Assembly: GCA_965637545.1 (NCBI GenBank)
Contig: OZ281496.1
Location: forward strand, 27,156,001 to 27,220,000
Length of the DNA stretch: 64,000 nt
Reading direction: 5' to 3'
Source: Phallusia mammillata
Taxonomy: Eukaryota
In this document: one piece after another, positions 61,257 to 64,000 of the stretch
How positions within the stretch are numbered: position 1 is the first letter of the stretch
Layout: each line of letters opens with the position of its first letter
The notes under the pieces: model-generated
What the model was told of the DNA's origin: nothing
Database searches by the model: none
The model's input: only the letters and a program-made list of their open reading frames with translations
Translations under genes and position numbers: made by a program

Positions 61257-64000
61257 ATGGCAGAAACACAAAATGCCTCTGGACGCAAAAGAAGAAACTT
61301 TCTGCAACGTTTTATCAGAAGCAAGCCAGGCGAGTACTATGGAATTAAGTTCGTGTGTGGTGCAGTGTTTGGAGTGCTAGTTGCGCATGGTAAGTGTAGT
61401 AGGCTTATCTAGGGTAATAAAAAGGCATAAGAGGAAATGTGTACTTTTGCAGGCTTCTACATTTTCACGTTTTCTGGAGCCTTTGCCCCAGGCGAAGCAT
61501 GGTTAGGTGACGTTGTTTATTACACGCTTGTAATTCTGGCGGGTTTCGGTTGTGCTGTTTCTGTTCAGTGCAGATGTGTAGGTGTACTATGTTTGCCAGC
61601 AATGGTGGGAAGAACTGGGCGCGGTGCACTTCAAGCCTTGTTGGCCACATGGATTTTAGCAGGTGTGTTTGTTAGTGTCAACATAGGGTTTTATGCTTTG
61701 TAACGCACAGAGAACAAGTATTAATTCGGGGAAGGTCATTGATTTTGTGATTATCTTTGTGCGTAAACAATGTCAATTAGTCCAAAGAAAAAGTGACGAT
61801 GTGGCATTACGTTTTACAACCGATTTTATACAATATCGTGTAATATTCCGTGTAACAGTTTTATTGTTGTTATGTTTAAAATTTTTGTAATAATGTTCTT
61901 GTTTGTGGGGCGTCAAAGTGCTAGATATTTCTTCGATAAATGGGCATTAAATAACGGTGCCTGTAAGCGGCATTGCTTTGTGTACTATTTGCGAGCAATG
62001 TCTGCTAGAAATGTTTTTTTAGAAAGAAAAGTCATGTGTGCCATGAGTATGCAATAATTCAAATAAAACTGTAAATTGCCTTTTCTCTATCAAGGACCAA
62101 TTTCGAACATAATGTACCACAGTGGTGAAGTTATGCACAGTATGACCTGTATTTCACGGATGCAAAGCGAACAGATGGGAAAACTCATGCATCTGTTACA
62201 TGCACCGGTCACTGCTGGCCTAAGACAAGTCGTGGTATGTTTGCTGGCCCATTTACTGATACTGCATCTATTGTTGATGACCAAATTAAACTAGTAACTT
62301 AAAAGTCTTTGGGCAAAGTCTTAGATCCTACCGCTCAAAACCTAACTTGTAGACTATATTTTACGTAAACCAATTGGTCCAGTTGTCCTAAATAAAATCA
62401 GCCATAACCTCAAATCACTTGGGTATCGCTTTTCCTTGTCATATTTTGATTTGAGTTTATCTAAACGTAAGTTCAGCACGTTTTATAGCAAATAACCTAT
62501 TAAGTAGAAATACAATCTATGAATACGTATGTACCAGTGTAAACCAAATAGATTACTTTTATTAGGATGACGCCGAGGCTATGAATGAGACAGAGGAAGC
62601 TATGAGCGAGAATCTAGATCAAATGAAACAGGAACTATGGAGCAAAGAGCTCCACGAAGCGAATGATCGGTTTGAAGAAGATCAAGATATCACCGGAAAA
62701 TTGCGCACAGATGCCGTGAGGCGTTGCACAGGTTACTAACTTAACTTTTACGTTTAATCCTCCGATTTAAAGAGTCTGCAAATGTTTTTGGAAGTCCGCC
62801 AATACACATAACGACACAAAACGTATTTTCTGTTATCGGTGTATTGTCTTCACTCTTTATTCTATACATTTGCTTCAAGTCATAGGCGCCGACATTGAAT
62901 TTTTTCCGGGTATGCCGTATTATATGACGTCACAAAATGACGTCATATAATGCCAAATATATTTTCTGCGGGTGCATATGGTAAGAATGCATTAAAGTTG
63001 CAGTATATAAGCTTTACACAACGTAATTCCACCGCCAGGCCCTTTTGCTACTGTTGCAATTTAACGACCTATTTGCCGAAATTACGGGTAGGCAAAACAA
63101 TAAAGATAGAAAAGATTTAGTTCGACTGTCACCTAACATACTTTGCCGTGCGTCGCAAATTACTTTAATGTTTAACATTTATCTTCTCTGTAATAACTAT
63201 AACAAAAATGCTTAGTTTTCACGCAACAAAGCGCACACACTTCTGGCCTAGCAATCACAATAATCCTTTTTGTTCGTTTTAACGTCGCTTGTTTCGTTTA
63301 CAACGTGTCGCATATTTAACGCAGTGAGTTGTATGTGACGCACAATTAATTTTAAAGTTCAGTGTACTTTGTTTCAACGATGTTCTGACCTGCCTGAAAC
63401 TTTCGACAACGTTAATTTTTGTAGGCTAAGTACCAACCTTACGTTTGTGACGTAACATTGGGTGTTAATTGTTTGTTTTTCGGTTGAAACTAGCCAGTCG
63501 TTGTTCTTGTGGTGTAGGCAGTTACAACAAAGGTTGTGCTGTATTTTTATAATTTAGTTCACAAACGGTAAACTTTTTTATCACGTGGTTGTTGACAAAA
63601 CACACAAGCGGCGTTTCTACCATAGGACAGCGCCAATACCTTTGTTGTGCTATTTACCACTTTTTAATGTTTAAATTCCAATGCTTCTCGAATACGTTTC
63701 ACAACTGTAATGAATGCGAACAATTTAATGGTTGTGAGACAATAACCTAGATTGAAATCATTTGCGTATGCTACGTATTAGTCGAAATTATTTTACAAAG
63801 CAACAACGCATGACTAACATTGGTCCGATTCTTGGGTATGCGGCATACCCGAGTTTTTCTTCCGGGTATGCCACGCGTACCCGGCATACCCGTGTTCGGC
63901 GCCTATGCTTCAAGTCCTCGATGATTGTACTTAGACAAAATGGACCGAGACCAATAAAGTCTGTACTACAATACAGGAGTGTTCGGGCATGGAATCGCCG
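61257..64000 (+). CDS. DCST1: DC-STAMP domain protein (DCST1/sneaky-like), 3'-partial. Exons 61257-61389, 61453-61662, 62095-62234, 62566-62731, 63977->64000
   Basis: RFIRSKPGEYYGIKFVCGAVFGVLVAHG, SVQCRCVGVLCLPAMVGRTGRGALQALL, GPISNIMYHSGEVMHSMTC, RRCTGVFGHG. Phases are consistent; the DCST1 vs DCST2 call is tentative. Confidence 0.75.
62881..63907. mobile_element. hAT-type non-autonomous element, 1027 bp, in DCST intron
   Basis: TIRs CATAGGCGCCGA / TCGGCGCCTATG; perfect 8-bp TSD CTTCAAGT; subterminal GGGTATGC/GCATACCC repeats; no transposase ORF. Confidence 0.92.

Overview
Gene-dense, AT-rich eukaryotic DNA with short GT-AG introns and chordate-like proteins. It is probably an ascidian/tunicate, but that is an inference. 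Genes in order: 3' part of an IAP (BIR-UBA-RING, +); cyclin T (-) with a U12-type first intron; a Lifeguard/TMBIM gene (-); three tandem METTL27-like methyltransferases (-); an unassigned 106-aa Cys-rich/Lys-rich protein (+); CDC40/PRP17 (-); glutamate decarboxylase (+) with a single-coding-exon IFT80 nested antisense in one intron; RAD18 (+); TMEM11 (-); single-exon ANKRD53 (+); and the 5' part of a DCST1-like gene (+). Non-coding content: seven hAT-type MITEs with perfect 8-bp TSDs (one nested in another) plus an older one, a long-TIR MITE with a 9-bp TSD, and a tRNA-derived SINE family. Two fold-back elements contain minimal hammerhead-ribozyme motifs of the Penelope-like type; one has an intact core and the other sits at the RAD18 stop codon with a 13-bp TSD. 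No autonomous transposase or RT ORF was found. All exon coordinates were read by eye.
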